A stretch of 64,000 nt of DNA from an uncultured Candidatus Binatia bacterium (GTDB lineage: Bacteria > Desulfobacterota > Binatia > UBA9968 > CAXXLF01). The notes below the pieces were generated by a model. It did no database searches and had not been told where the DNA came from. It saw only the letters and a program-made list of their open reading frames with translations. Made by a program: the position numbers and the translations under genes. Below are positions 42,584 through 51,881 of this stretch, in pieces. The DNA is taken from contig OZ244621.1 in assembly GCA_965218425.1 (NCBI GenBank), forward strand, positions 512,001 through 576,000. The letters are read 5' to 3'. The first letter of the stretch is position 1. The number at the start of each line of letters is the position of its first letter.

Positions 42584-43542
42584 TTGGATGCCGACTCCAT
42601 AATGGCCCCAAGGCTTTGGGGACTGTCCACGTTTTTTGATTCCAGGCTAGAATCTATCCGTTTGATCAGGCCACAGAGCACTTTTCCCGGCCCGATCTCC
42701 AAAACACGCTGGCAGCCCAACTCCTTCAGGCGCTTGACCGATTCCTCCCACCGAACCGGACTCACCACTTGCTCCACCAGGAGGGAAACAATCCGGCCAG
42801 GATCCGAATTGACCTCCGCCTCCACGTTGGTAACAACTCCAATGGCAAGGGGCTTCACCTTCACGTCGGCCAGAACTTGTTTCAGCCCGTCGGATGCGGG
42901 TTGCATGAGTGGACAGTGAAATGGGGCACTCACGGGAAGTTCCAATGTCCTCTTGGCCCCTTTTTGCGATGCCAAGGTCATGGTTCGAAGGACGGCATCC
43001 CGCTTTCCCGCAATGACGACTTGCCCACCACCGTTGAGGTTGGCCAGAGACACCACTTCACCCTGTCCTGCCTCATCGCAAACCGATTGAAGGACGGGTG
43101 CTTCCAAACCCAGGATCACGGCCATGAGCCCTTCACCCTGGGGGACAGCCCGCTGCATCATACGGCCACGTTCACGCACGGTTCTCAGGGCATCGCTAAA
43201 ACTGAGGGCACCCGAGCAAACCAACGCACTGTATTCCCCCAAGCTATGGCCGGCAACAAATTGAGGTCTTACGGGAGATTCCGATTCAAGGGAACGCAGG
43301 GCGGCAATGGACACGGTCAGAATGGCCGGCTGGGTATTCTCTGTTAGGACGAGCTCCTCATTGGGGCCGGAAAAGCATAGACGCTTCAGCGGCAGCTCCA
43401 ACACATCTTCCGCCTCTTCAAAAACTTCCTTCGCGGCGCTGAACTGATTGCAAAGCTCCTGGCCCATTCCCACAGTCTGGGAGCCCTGCCCGGGAAAGAC
43501 AAACGCGACTTCAGCTTTTTCCGCCACCCTCGGTCTCTCCAT
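42574..43542 (-). CDS. fabD: Malonyl-CoA:ACP transacylase
   Basis: FPGQGSQ, GHSLGEY, VSAPFHC; start uncertain. Confidence 0.95.
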   Translation of the reverse strand: MERPRVAEKAEVAFVFPGQGSQTVGMGQELCNQFSAAKEVFEEAEDVLELPLKRLCFSGPNEELVLTENTQPAILTVSIAALRSLESESPVRPQFVAGHSLGEYSALVCSGALSFSDALRTVRERGRMMQRAVPQGEGLMAVILGLEAPVLQSVCDEAGQGEVVSLANLNGGGQVVIAGKRDAVLRTMTLASQKGAKRTLELPVSAPFHCPLMQPASDGLKQVLADVKVKPLAIGVVTNVEAEVNSDPGRIVSLLVEQVVSPVRWEESVKRLKELGCQRVLEIGPGKVLCGLIKRIDSSLESKNVDSPQSLGAIMESASKWT

Positions 43543-44638
43543 CTTTCGTTTGATCCGCGGGCTTGTCACCTAGAGTGTCGATCTTTGACCTGATTTGCCG
43601 CCAGACCCTGCGGGTAAGCTTCTTTTCCATACCTTCCCCGCCGTCGCTGAGACTCTCAAGGGAATCTGTAATGTGCCGGTTCACGTCCTGTGAGATGGTC
43701 TCCTTCGCCACGCGAATGGCGTTCTTGACGGCCTTGGGTGACGACCCGCCATGGGCAATGATCACCACTCCGTTCAACCCGATTAATGGGGCGCCCCCGT
43801 ACTCCGCATAATCCATCCGGTGATAGGCCGCCCGCAAGGAACTACGACTCATCAAAAGGCCCAGGCGGCTCAGTTGACTCTGCTGAAAGGCGTCCTTCAA
43901 TACATTCACCACCCAACTGGCTACTCCTTCCACCGTCTTGAGAACCACGTTGCCGGTAAAACCATCGCAGACCACCACGTCCACGCTGTTGTTAGTAATA
44001 TCGCGACCTTCCACATAGCCGATGCAGTTCAACGAAGTTTGGCGAAGCTGCTCGTTGGCTGCCCGGGTGAGTTCCGTCCCCTTTCCGTCTTCCTCTCCGT
44101 TACTCAGAACCCCCACACGGGGACGCGAAACGGATAGCACCTTCTCCGAATAGATGGAACCCATAACACCGAACTGCAGCAGATGGTGCGGCTTACATTC
44201 AGTGTTGGCGCCGCCATCGATCATCACGGGACCCTTATTGGGAGTGGCGGGAAGAACAACCAGGATAGCCGGTCTTTCAACGTAGGGAAGTTTTCCCAGG
44301 AGAATCATCCCCATGGCCATCATTGCACCCGAGTTTCCCGCACTCACCACCGCTTCCACCTCTCCTCGTTTCATCAGCTCAAAGGCCACCCGCATGGAAG
44401 TGTCTTTCTTTTTCAGGCTGCTGCTGGGAGACGCGCTCATGGCTACGGTTTGTGAGGCGTGCACGATCTTGACACCGGGATGGTTCAACAGGCGGCCCTT
44501 CAACTCTCGCTCCACCGCATCCTTTTGACCCACCAGGACCACCTCGACATCGAGCTCATTTGCGGCAAGAACCGCGCCCTCAACCACTGAACTGGGGGCA
44601 CGATCGCCGCCCATCGCATCAACGGCAATCCGTATCAT
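43511..44638 (-). CDS. plsX: Phosphate acyltransferase PlsX
   Basis: IAVDAMGGD, SAGNSGA, NGEE..KG, CDGFTGN, HGGS. Confidence 0.96.
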   Translation of the reverse strand: MIRIAVDAMGGDRAPSSVVEGAVLAANELDVEVVLVGQKDAVERELKGRLLNHPGVKIVHASQTVAMSASPSSSLKKKDTSMRVAFELMKRGEVEAVVSAGNSGAMMAMGMILLGKLPYVERPAILVVLPATPNKGPVMIDGGANTECKPHHLLQFGVMGSIYSEKVLSVSRPRVGVLSNGEEDGKGTELTRAANEQLRQTSLNCIGYVEGRDITNNSVDVVVCDGFTGNVVLKTVEGVASWVVNVLKDAFQQSQLSRLGLLMSRSSLRAAYHRMDYAEYGGAPLIGLNGVVIIAHGGSSPKAVKNAIRVAKETISQDVNRHITDSLESLSDGGEGMEKKLTRRVWRQIRSKIDTLGDKPADQTKDGETEGGGKS

Positions 44639-44656
44639 GGATCGAAAATGAGGTTT

Positions 44657-44839
44657 TTACGCCTCTTCGGTAGGCAGCACGGCTTTACCACGATAATGGC
44701 CGCAGCTGGGGCACACACGATGTCGGGCCGTGGTCTCTCCACACTTGGGACACACGCTCCACTGGGGTGCCACCAGGCCGTCGTGGGACCTGCGCTTGTT
44801 TTTTTTACTCTTTGAGGTTCTTCTTTTCGGTACTGGCAT
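44657..44839 (-). CDS. rpmF: 50S ribosomal protein L32
   Basis: MPVPKRRTSK..RRSH, CPKC..HRVCPSCG. Confidence 0.97.
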   Translation of the reverse strand: MPVPKRRTSKSKKNKRRSHDGLVAPQWSVCPKCGETTARHRVCPSCGHYRGKAVLPTEEA

Positions 44840-44901
44840 CTAAAATTTTCCTTCCTGGCTACTATAGGACACAGGAGACTCAACAGACGAGCCCGGGAAG
44901 G

Positions 44902-45432
44902 CTATTGATTCAACCTCAGGTTTCGGAAGAAGGCCATTCGAGGATCACCTGATTGGGCGGGACATGGACAGGACTCATGGTTGAGATTCACGCCACAGCT
45001 CGGGCAAAGCCCCTGACAACCCTCGTCGCATAGTGGACGCATGGGAAGCGCCAAAAGTACCTGTTCACTAATAAATGGGGATAGATTGATCTCCTCAGAC
45101 GTATAAAAGCTCAGCCCCATCTCATCCCGGTTTAATCCCCTACTCTTGGCAGGCGGTGGTTCGGGAGTCAAAACGAAGTCGAAGTCTTTTTCCAGAGGAA
45201 AGGAATAGTACCTGAGACAACGACTGCAGCAACCCTCTATCACCGCGTCTAAGTACCCCTGAAAGAACAGGTCCTGGCCAGATCGATAATAAGAAAGTTT
45301 TACGTTCAGAAAGGGTGGGAACCGAAAGTCTCCCCGCTTTTGACCCTGATCGTTCCGGCACAAAGCCTCTAACCCTTCCTCAAATTGAATCTCCTTAAAC
45401 GACTCTGTGATCTGGTTTGCGGCTATCTTCAA
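44902..45432 (-). CDS. yceD: YceD/DUF177 family protein
   Basis: CSRCL, LALPMRPLC...C.GLCP.CG.NLN, DPR; upstream of rpmF. Confidence 0.92.
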   Translation of the reverse strand: MKIAANQITESFKEIQFEEGLEALCRNDQGQKRGDFRFPPFLNVKLSYYRSGQDLFFQGYLDAVIEGCCSRCLRYYSFPLEKDFDFVLTPEPPPAKSRGLNRDEMGLSFYTSEEINLSPFISEQVLLALPMRPLCDEGCQGLCPSCGVNLNHESCPCPAQSGDPRMAFFRNLRLNQ

Positions 45433-45529
45433 GAAACAGCCCCGCCGTACGAAATACAGGCATGAGTATTCAGGATTTTCCCACTGATGTCAAGCAGACA
45501 AGATCCCCCTCTGAATGCCTCAAAACAAC

Positions 45530-45782
45530 CGGCGTCTTGGCTACTTGCCGGAGAATCCCCCCCTCGTATTCGGATATGACGGTCAGTTCCTATCCAAAGT
45601 TCGTGGCACGCATAAAAGGAGTCCCAAAGTCCGGTGTCCGCCCTGCCCTGGATGCCACCCTGGAAAAATGCTCCTTGGAAAAGGTGACCAAGCGGGTGGG
45701 AAGCTCCACTGTATACACCATCGACTCCATCTCCTATAATCAGATAAATAAGACCGCCAGCGATTTCTTGGATCGTGGCTAA
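45530..45782 (+). pseudogene. Remnant of an ABC transporter ATP-binding gene joined to an unrelated C-terminus
   Basis: RRLGYLPENPPL, frameshift, then YSDMTVSSY.KFVARIKGV...LEKCSL. Confidence 0.6.
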
Positions 45783-45855
45783 CCCTGTCCCGGGCACAAA
45801 GTACAGGTCTCCCTTGAGAACAGAGGGGCTTTCTGTTAACGATCGTCAATACACA

Positions 45856-46839
45856 ATGAGTCTTCCTTCTGACCTATACGAAAGGTGGAGTGGCAATCGC
45901 TATAACTCCTTCAACCGAGTTCTCAAAGAGAACTTCCATCGAAAGGTCCATAAGGTAAGTGTCAGAACAGACTTCACCTGCCCCAATCGAGATGGAAAGG
46001 TGGCCGTGGGAGGCTGCACCTACTGCAACAACTCGAGCCACACGCCGGAGAGATACAGGCCCCGGGTACCCATCAGGGAGCAGATGGCCCAGGGGATGCA
46101 AGCCGTACGTCGCCGCCACAAGGCCGAGAAGTTCATCGCCTATTTCCAAAGCTACACCAACACCTATGGTTCCGTATCTAAACTGGAAAACCTCTATCGC
46201 GAAGCCTTGGATCATCCCGATGTGGTGGGTCTCTCGGTGGCCACCCGTCCCGACTGCGTTCCGGATGACGTCCTGAACCTCCTGGCCGATGTATCACAGG
46301 AAACTTACCTCTGGTTGGAGCTGGGGCTGGAGTCCATGTATGACAAGACCCTTCGATGGGTCAACCGAGGACATGGAGTGAAGGAATTCATCGACGCAGT
46401 GGAAAGGACCAAGGCAAGGGACCTGAGGCTCTGCGTCCACTTGATCCTTGGATTTCCCACAGAAAGCCGCGCGGAGATCCTCGACACCGCGGGGTTTCTC
46501 AACTGGATGGGGATCGATGGCATTAAGCTTCACAACCTTCACGTCATCAAGAACACCGCCCTGGAAAAAATCTACCTCCAGGGAAACTTTGAACTTTTGA
46601 GCAAAGAGGATTATATATCTCTCCTCATTGAATTTGTTGAGCTCCTGTCTCCACAGATCGTGATTCACCGGCTCACCGGCGAGACCTATCGGGCCCTCAC
46701 CGTGGCGCCGGATTGGTCCCCCAACAAGATCGGTATGCACAACGAGATCCGTAGAGAACTGGAGCGAAGGAACACCTGGCAGGGAAAGCTCCATAGGGGA
46801 TTTCCTTCGCAGAGTGTCATGGAGGGCGTGTCGCTGTGA
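45856..46839 (+). CDS. TIGR01212/YhcC-family radical SAM protein
   Basis: FTCPNRDG....GCTYC, YFQSYTNTY, TRPDC, NRGH, GIKLHNLH. Confidence 0.93.
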   Translation: MSLPSDLYERWSGNRYNSFNRVLKENFHRKVHKVSVRTDFTCPNRDGKVAVGGCTYCNNSSHTPERYRPRVPIREQMAQGMQAVRRRHKAEKFIAYFQSYTNTYGSVSKLENLYREALDHPDVVGLSVATRPDCVPDDVLNLLADVSQETYLWLELGLESMYDKTLRWVNRGHGVKEFIDAVERTKARDLRLCVHLILGFPTESRAEILDTAGFLNWMGIDGIKLHNLHVIKNTALEKIYLQGNFELLSKEDYISLLIEFVELLSPQIVIHRLTGETYRALTVAPDWSPNKIGMHNEIRRELERRNTWQGKLHRGFPSQSVMEGVSL

Positions 46840-47744
46840 ACGGACGACTCGGTTTGATTCATTCCGTATTGCCGGCCACGGTGGATCTCCAAACCACCAT
46901 ACCGGAGTCTCACCCCTCCGCCCGCAACCTGGGAACAGAACGCATAGGATCCGGCACCCTGGTGGATTCGGATGGATATATTCTTACCGTCAACTACGTG
47001 GTGAACGGAGCGAATTCCATTACGGTCACCATGTTTGATGGAGAAAAGCTCACGGGAGACCTGACAGCCCAGGACCCGGAGTCCGGCCTGGCACTGGTAA
47101 AGGTTGCGGGTAAAGACTTTCCCTACATGCGACCGGCCCCCGCAGAGGAGCTCACAATGGGCCAAGCGGCCTTCATCGTTGCCAGTGCCGGCAATACGGG
47201 GAGACGAGTGCACGGAGGATACGTAACCTCTTTGGATCCTTACGACGGCCAGTGGGAATACCTCCTGGAAAAGGGCATCCATTTGAGCGCCTTCAATCCC
47301 GGCTTTGGAGGAGGGACCCTGGTGGACTTCAAGGGCCGCATGATGGGCGTGTGTGCCTACAACTTGAACGAGTTGGCAAAGTTTTCCCTGTCCATCCCTA
47401 TAGAGTTCTACCTCCAGAACGAGCAGGAGCTAAAACAGCACGGCAGGGTCCAGAGCCGCGCCCCCCGCCCCTGGTTGGGTATCTACGCTCAGCTCTATGC
47501 AGGTCACCTGGTGGTCTCCGGAGTGACCCCCGGCGGACCTGCCGAACAGGGCGGGCTGAAAGAGGGGGACATCATCCTTGGAGTGGAAGACAAGCCTGTG
47601 AAGACCCGTCCGGATCTCTACCGTGAGATGTGGAAGAAAAGACCGGGAGAGAAGATCTCGTTCAAAATTCTCAGAGAGGAGGAATCGGTCAATATAGACG
47701 TGGTGGGCGTAAACCGAAGGGAATACGATCGCACTTCCCGCTGA
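46836..47744 (+). CDS. S1C/HtrA-like trypsin-PDZ protein lacking the catalytic triad
   Basis: GSG.LVD.DGYILT and PDZ (RPWLGI, GPAEQGGL..GDII) present; His/Asp/Ser positions replaced. Confidence 0.8.
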   Translation: MNGRLGLIHSVLPATVDLQTTIPESHPSARNLGTERIGSGTLVDSDGYILTVNYVVNGANSITVTMFDGEKLTGDLTAQDPESGLALVKVAGKDFPYMRPAPAEELTMGQAAFIVASAGNTGRRVHGGYVTSLDPYDGQWEYLLEKGIHLSAFNPGFGGGTLVDFKGRMMGVCAYNLNELAKFSLSIPIEFYLQNEQELKQHGRVQSRAPRPWLGIYAQLYAGHLVVSGVTPGGPAEQGGLKEGDIILGVEDKPVKTRPDLYREMWKKRPGEKISFKILREEESVNIDVVGVNRREYDRTSR

Positions 47745-47782
47745 CGTCTCCCCCGTCTCCTTCTGTAACTCCCCTTTCACTC

Positions 47783-48256
47783 ATGGGCGAAAATAACAGC
47801 CAAAATAGCTACCGCGTACTTTATCGTGTCATTTACGGTGACACCGATCAGATGGGAGTTAGCTACTACGCCAATTATCTGAAGTGGTTCGAGATGGGCA
47901 GGAACGATTTCATGCGAAAGATCGGAACGCCGTACACTTCCGTTGAAAAGAGCGGACTCATGTTTCCGGTCATCGAGGTTTCCTGCCGCTACCACCACCC
48001 CGCCCGCTACGATGATGAAGTCATAATCGAGACCAGCCTCACCGAGCTGGCGCCAGTGTCTCTGATCTTTTCCTATCGACTCCAGCGTAAAGACGACGAC
48101 CAGCTCCTCGCCACGGGCTGGACCAAGCACGCCTGCGTAGACCGCGAAGGTCAGATCACCAAGATGCTGCCGGACATGTTGGACAAGATGAAGGCCTCAC
48201 TCCCCCTGTCCGCCTCTACCCCACAGAAAAAAAAGAAATCAGTCAGAACGTTTTAA
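47783..48256 (+). CDS. YbgC/4HBT-family acyl-CoA thioesterase
   Basis: RVIYGDTDQMGV.YYANYL.WFE.GR. Confidence 0.9.
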   Translation: MGENNSQNSYRVLYRVIYGDTDQMGVSYYANYLKWFEMGRNDFMRKIGTPYTSVEKSGLMFPVIEVSCRYHHPARYDDEVIIETSLTELAPVSLIFSYRLQRKDDDQLLATGWTKHACVDREGQITKMLPDMLDKMKASLPLSASTPQKKKKSVRTF

Positions 48257-48343
48257 CCCCGATCCGACAAAGTGTAGCTCCAGACCATTTACCCATTATC
48301 CGTGGGGGTTAGGACTTGTCGTCAAAGTTAGAGCACGGCATTG

Positions 48344-49495
48344 TTAATTCTGTCGGTTGGGGGCCAAGGCGTTCTGGATCTCTTCCCTCACCTCCAACTC
48401 CGTCTCAACTTCCAAGCGTTCTTGAAGTGCCTCACGCGCATCGTCAGATTTAATTTTTCCCAACGCCCAGGCCACATGCTGCCGGACCAGGGGTTCGTGA
48501 TCCTGAAGTGCTTTACTCAACGCCGGCACGGCCTCAGGACTTTGAAGGTTTCCCAACGCCACCGCTACGTTGCGCAGAAATCCACGCCGCTTCGCCCTCA
48601 ATACGGGAGAGCCATGAAAGAGTCGTTTGAAATCCTGATCGTTGAGGGAAAGCATGGGGATAAGTTCCGGAGCCAACAGACCTTCCCGTGGGGAATATGC
48701 CGCTTCACCAGTCGGCTTTGCTTTAACATTGTAAGGACAGACTTCCTGGCAGATGTCGCAGCCAAAAACATGGTTCCCCATGAGGGGACGTAGATGCTGC
48801 GGAACGGCACCCTTCAATTCGATGGTGAGATACGAGATACAGCGCCGCGCGTCCAAAACATAAGGACCCACAAAAGCCCTGGTGGGACAGGCCTTAAGGC
48901 AGAGATCGCAGCTCCCGCACCGATCCCTGATTGGCTTGTCGTATTCCAGCTCTATATTAAGGAAGAGCTCCCCCAGAAAGAACCACGAACCTTTCTGGGG
49001 CGAGATGAGCATCGTATTCTTACCGATCCAACCGATCCCCGCCACCCCCGCCAGGTCCCTTTCCAGCACAGGCCCCGAATCGACAAACGCCCTGCCCTCC
49101 ACAGGCTCGGGCAACGCCTCCTTTATAATGTTAAGGAGCTTATTAAGCCTCTCCTTGATAATATCGTGATAATCATCACCCCAAGCATAACGCGAGATCC
49201 AGCCCTTCAGTCCATCCGGCTCCGTCCTCTTCGCCGGGGTTTCATAGTTCATCCCCACTGAAACAACCGACACCGCCCCCGGAACCAGCTTGCCCGGTTC
49301 CCTCCTCATCTCCTCCGTCCTTTTCATATAGGCCAGTTCCCCTCCAAACCCCCTCCTCAACCACTCCGCAAAGCTCTCCTCATGGGGCGGCGCCTTCACC
49401 GGCGACACCCCCACCAGCGCAAACCCCAACCTCTGCGCCTCTTCCTTTATAAAAGAGGTCAACCCCGCCATATCTCTGTGCTTTTCAACTCTCAT
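48344..49495 (-). CDS. queG: Epoxyqueuosine reductase
   Basis: SRYAWG.DYH, VDSGPVLER, CGSCDLCLKACP, RCISY.TIE, GCDICQ.VCP, HEAT-like tail. Confidence 0.95.
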   Translation of the reverse strand: MRVEKHRDMAGLTSFIKEEAQRLGFALVGVSPVKAPPHEESFAEWLRRGFGGELAYMKRTEEMRREPGKLVPGAVSVVSVGMNYETPAKRTEPDGLKGWISRYAWGDDYHDIIKERLNKLLNIIKEALPEPVEGRAFVDSGPVLERDLAGVAGIGWIGKNTMLISPQKGSWFFLGELFLNIELEYDKPIRDRCGSCDLCLKACPTRAFVGPYVLDARRCISYLTIELKGAVPQHLRPLMGNHVFGCDICQEVCPYNVKAKPTGEAAYSPREGLLAPELIPMLSLNDQDFKRLFHGSPVLRAKRRGFLRNVAVALGNLQSPEAVPALSKALQDHEPLVRQHVAWALGKIKSDDAREALQERLEVETELEVREEIQNALAPNRQN

Positions 49496-49695
49496 ACCCA
49501 GAGCTTATTCTACTTCCTTTTGTAGTAAAAAACCCAAAGAAAAACCGGATAGTGGTCGAGCTATAATCAAAAAATATGGAAATAGGAAATAGGTAGGTGT
49601 GCCCTTTCGTAAATCTCCAACGAAAGGCTGCCTGGGCAAACAGGCAGAGAAAAGATACGCCAATGATAGGTCGTCATACGAAAGAAAAAGGTAAA

Positions 49696-50229
49696 ATGAA
49701 TAGGGTTTATGTCGCACGACATGGCCAATCGACATGGAATAGGGATGGGCGATGGGCTGGCCACGCTGATCCCCCATTAACTGACCTGGGTCGTCTTCAA
49801 GCCAAAGAATCCTGTAAAGCTCTCGGCAAATTCCCATTCACTTGTGTGGGTAGCTCGTGTCTCCAGCGAGCAAGGGAAACCGCGTCCATCATGGCAAACG
49901 AGATGGGTATAGCCTTATTGGAACCCTTGGCCGACCTCAATGAACGCCATTTTGGCGAAATAAGCGGATTAACTGCGCAAGAGATCGAACAAAAATACCC
50001 TGAGTTGATGAAAGAGTGGCGGGTTGGTAATCCAGTTGAAATACCGGGTGGAGAACCATGGCAAGAATTTGTTGAGCGAGTATTTAGCGGCCTAAGACAA
50101 CTGTCAACACTACAGGGGAACATTCTAGTCATCGCTCATATTGGCGTGCTTCGAGCTATTGAATATAATCTAGGTGAGACAAGGAGGCGGCACAGAAACC
50201 TCGACGGTATGTGGGTAGACGCTGTCTGA
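49696..50229 (+). CDS. Histidine phosphatase (phosphoglycerate mutase family)
   Basis: RHGQ, RARETA, LNERHFG, PGGE, AH. Confidence 0.85.
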   Translation: MNRVYVARHGQSTWNRDGRWAGHADPPLTDLGRLQAKESCKALGKFPFTCVGSSCLQRARETASIMANEMGIALLEPLADLNERHFGEISGLTAQEIEQKYPELMKEWRVGNPVEIPGGEPWQEFVERVFSGLRQLSTLQGNILVIAHIGVLRAIEYNLGETRRRHRNLDGMWVDAV

Positions 50230-50355
50230 CAACTCGTCCCATCCTGATGGAGGTCATAATAGGACCAGGTCTGACATCGCAGCAATTTTTGGGTTGCTAC
50301 ACTCTGACTTCTTCTCATTGAACACCTAGAGTCGCGCTAAACCTACGCCTACTCG

Positions 50356-50862
50356 ATGATCAGCACACCTTACGATCATATCGCCGACCAATTCAGCGCG
50401 GCACGCGCTAAGCTTCAGCCGAAGGAAGCAGAATATCTTGACGCGCTGCTCGACTCCCTGGAAGCCGGCGGAACGATACTCGACCTTGGTTGCGGCACCG
50501 GACATCCAATTGCCACCCATATCGTTTCCAGGGGACATCTTCAACCCATGGTCCAGAAGTTCCATCGCTGGCTCAAGCCCGGCGGCCGTACGATGGTCAG
50601 CGGCGGCGGGGTGGTGGTGGATCATGGAAGCGGTTTTACCGACACCATGTTCGGTCACGAATTCTTTTATGATAGCCTGCCGCCTGACCGTATAGTTGCA
50701 ACCATCCAAGAAACGGGACTCGATATTGTTATTGCCGAGATATGCGAGGAGCCGGACGGGGCCCGAAACAGGGGCAAGTGGGCAATCGTCGCATCGCGCA
50801 AGGCCCAAGCCGGCGCCGCAGCCTTCGGAAGCCAGCTCAAAGAATGCACACGGGACCTATGA
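50356..50862 (+). pseudogene. Class I SAM methyltransferase with an apparent in-frame internal deletion
   Basis: ILDLGCGTG is followed almost at once by RWLKPGG; the intervening motifs are missing. Confidence 0.6.
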
Positions 50863-50866
50863 AATG

Positions 50867-51814
50867 CTAGTCAAGTTTTTGCACCTTGTCGCCGATTAGG
50901 AATTTCATCCCGTCGTTTCCGACAACAAGCGGTCCTTTATAGTATTGCCGTGTGGCCTTGATCAGCTCCTCTTCGCCACCTCCACCCCAGATAATGTGCG
51001 AATAGACGGCGAGTTTGGGCTTAACTCGATTGAAAACGACCCCTGCTTCATCCGGACCAGTATGGTGCGAGCCGCGACGACCACCGTCTTTTCGCCGGGT
51101 CACGTGTACTTCGTGGATGAGCATGTCGACGCCTTTTGCATATTTGATGAGATTTTCTGAAAATCGCGTGTCACCGGATACTGCTAGCGAGCGCCCCTTG
51201 TAGTCGACCCGGTAGCCTAAAGCGGGAAATTCGCTGCGTGATTCAGGGCCGAAGCGCGGCGGCCAGTGATCGACATTAAAAGCTGTGACCTTGACACCGT
51301 CTTCATCGAAGACAACACTTTGCACCACGTCCGTTGCCTGGACTTTTGGAGGAGAGCGACGACGGTTGGAACGATACCTTAAATCCCAATCAAAGGCATT
51401 ACGGATATGAAACATCATCTGCTTGGTGCCTTTGGGTCCCCAGATTCGTATGGGCGTCCGGCGTCCGAATGTCCAACCGGTAATGAAGATATCCGCAAGG
51501 TCCGTGACGTGATCGGAATGCAGGTGCGTGATAAAAATCTTGTCCACATGGGCTAAATAGTCACGCCCTAATTCACTCAAACGAATCACTAGCCCGCGTC
51601 CCGCATCGAAAACCAAGAGTTTGCCGTTGGCTTCGACCAATGTAGTTGTATTCATGCGCTTGGCAATCATATTGCGGCCGCCACCTCCCGGTCCACCCCC
51701 CGTGCCAAGCAGCGTGGCCCGAATGGTTCCTGGGGGCGGGGGCTCCACGGCCGGCAAAGTACACACTACGCATAGGGTAGCCAGTGCTGTCCCCATGGCG
51801 GATTTTCCAATCAT
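50867..51814 (-). CDS. Secreted MBL-fold hydrolase (RNase Z/AtsA-like)
   Basis: LLGTG, FDAG, THLHSDH, SGDT, HE, HT, SH; signal peptide. Confidence 0.85.
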   Translation of the reverse strand: MIGKSAMGTALATLCVVCTLPAVEPPPPGTIRATLLGTGGGPGGGGRNMIAKRMNTTTLVEANGKLLVFDAGRGLVIRLSELGRDYLAHVDKIFITHLHSDHVTDLADIFITGWTFGRRTPIRIWGPKGTKQMMFHIRNAFDWDLRYRSNRRRSPPKVQATDVVQSVVFDEDGVKVTAFNVDHWPPRFGPESRSEFPALGYRVDYKGRSLAVSGDTRFSENLIKYAKGVDMLIHEVHVTRRKDGGRRGSHHTGPDEAGVVFNRVKPKLAVYSHIIWGGGGEEELIKATRQYYKGPLVVGNDGMKFLIGDKVQKLD

Positions 51815-51881
51815 TGAATTTCCTCTCACAGTAAACGGTTCGATCGATAGGTGCCGCTCCGCCGTCGCGGCGGGGTGACTG

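Noticed and set aside
45429..45797. 122-aa minus-strand ORF upstream of yceD
   Set aside because: Antisense to a recognisable ABC ATPase remnant and has no features of its own
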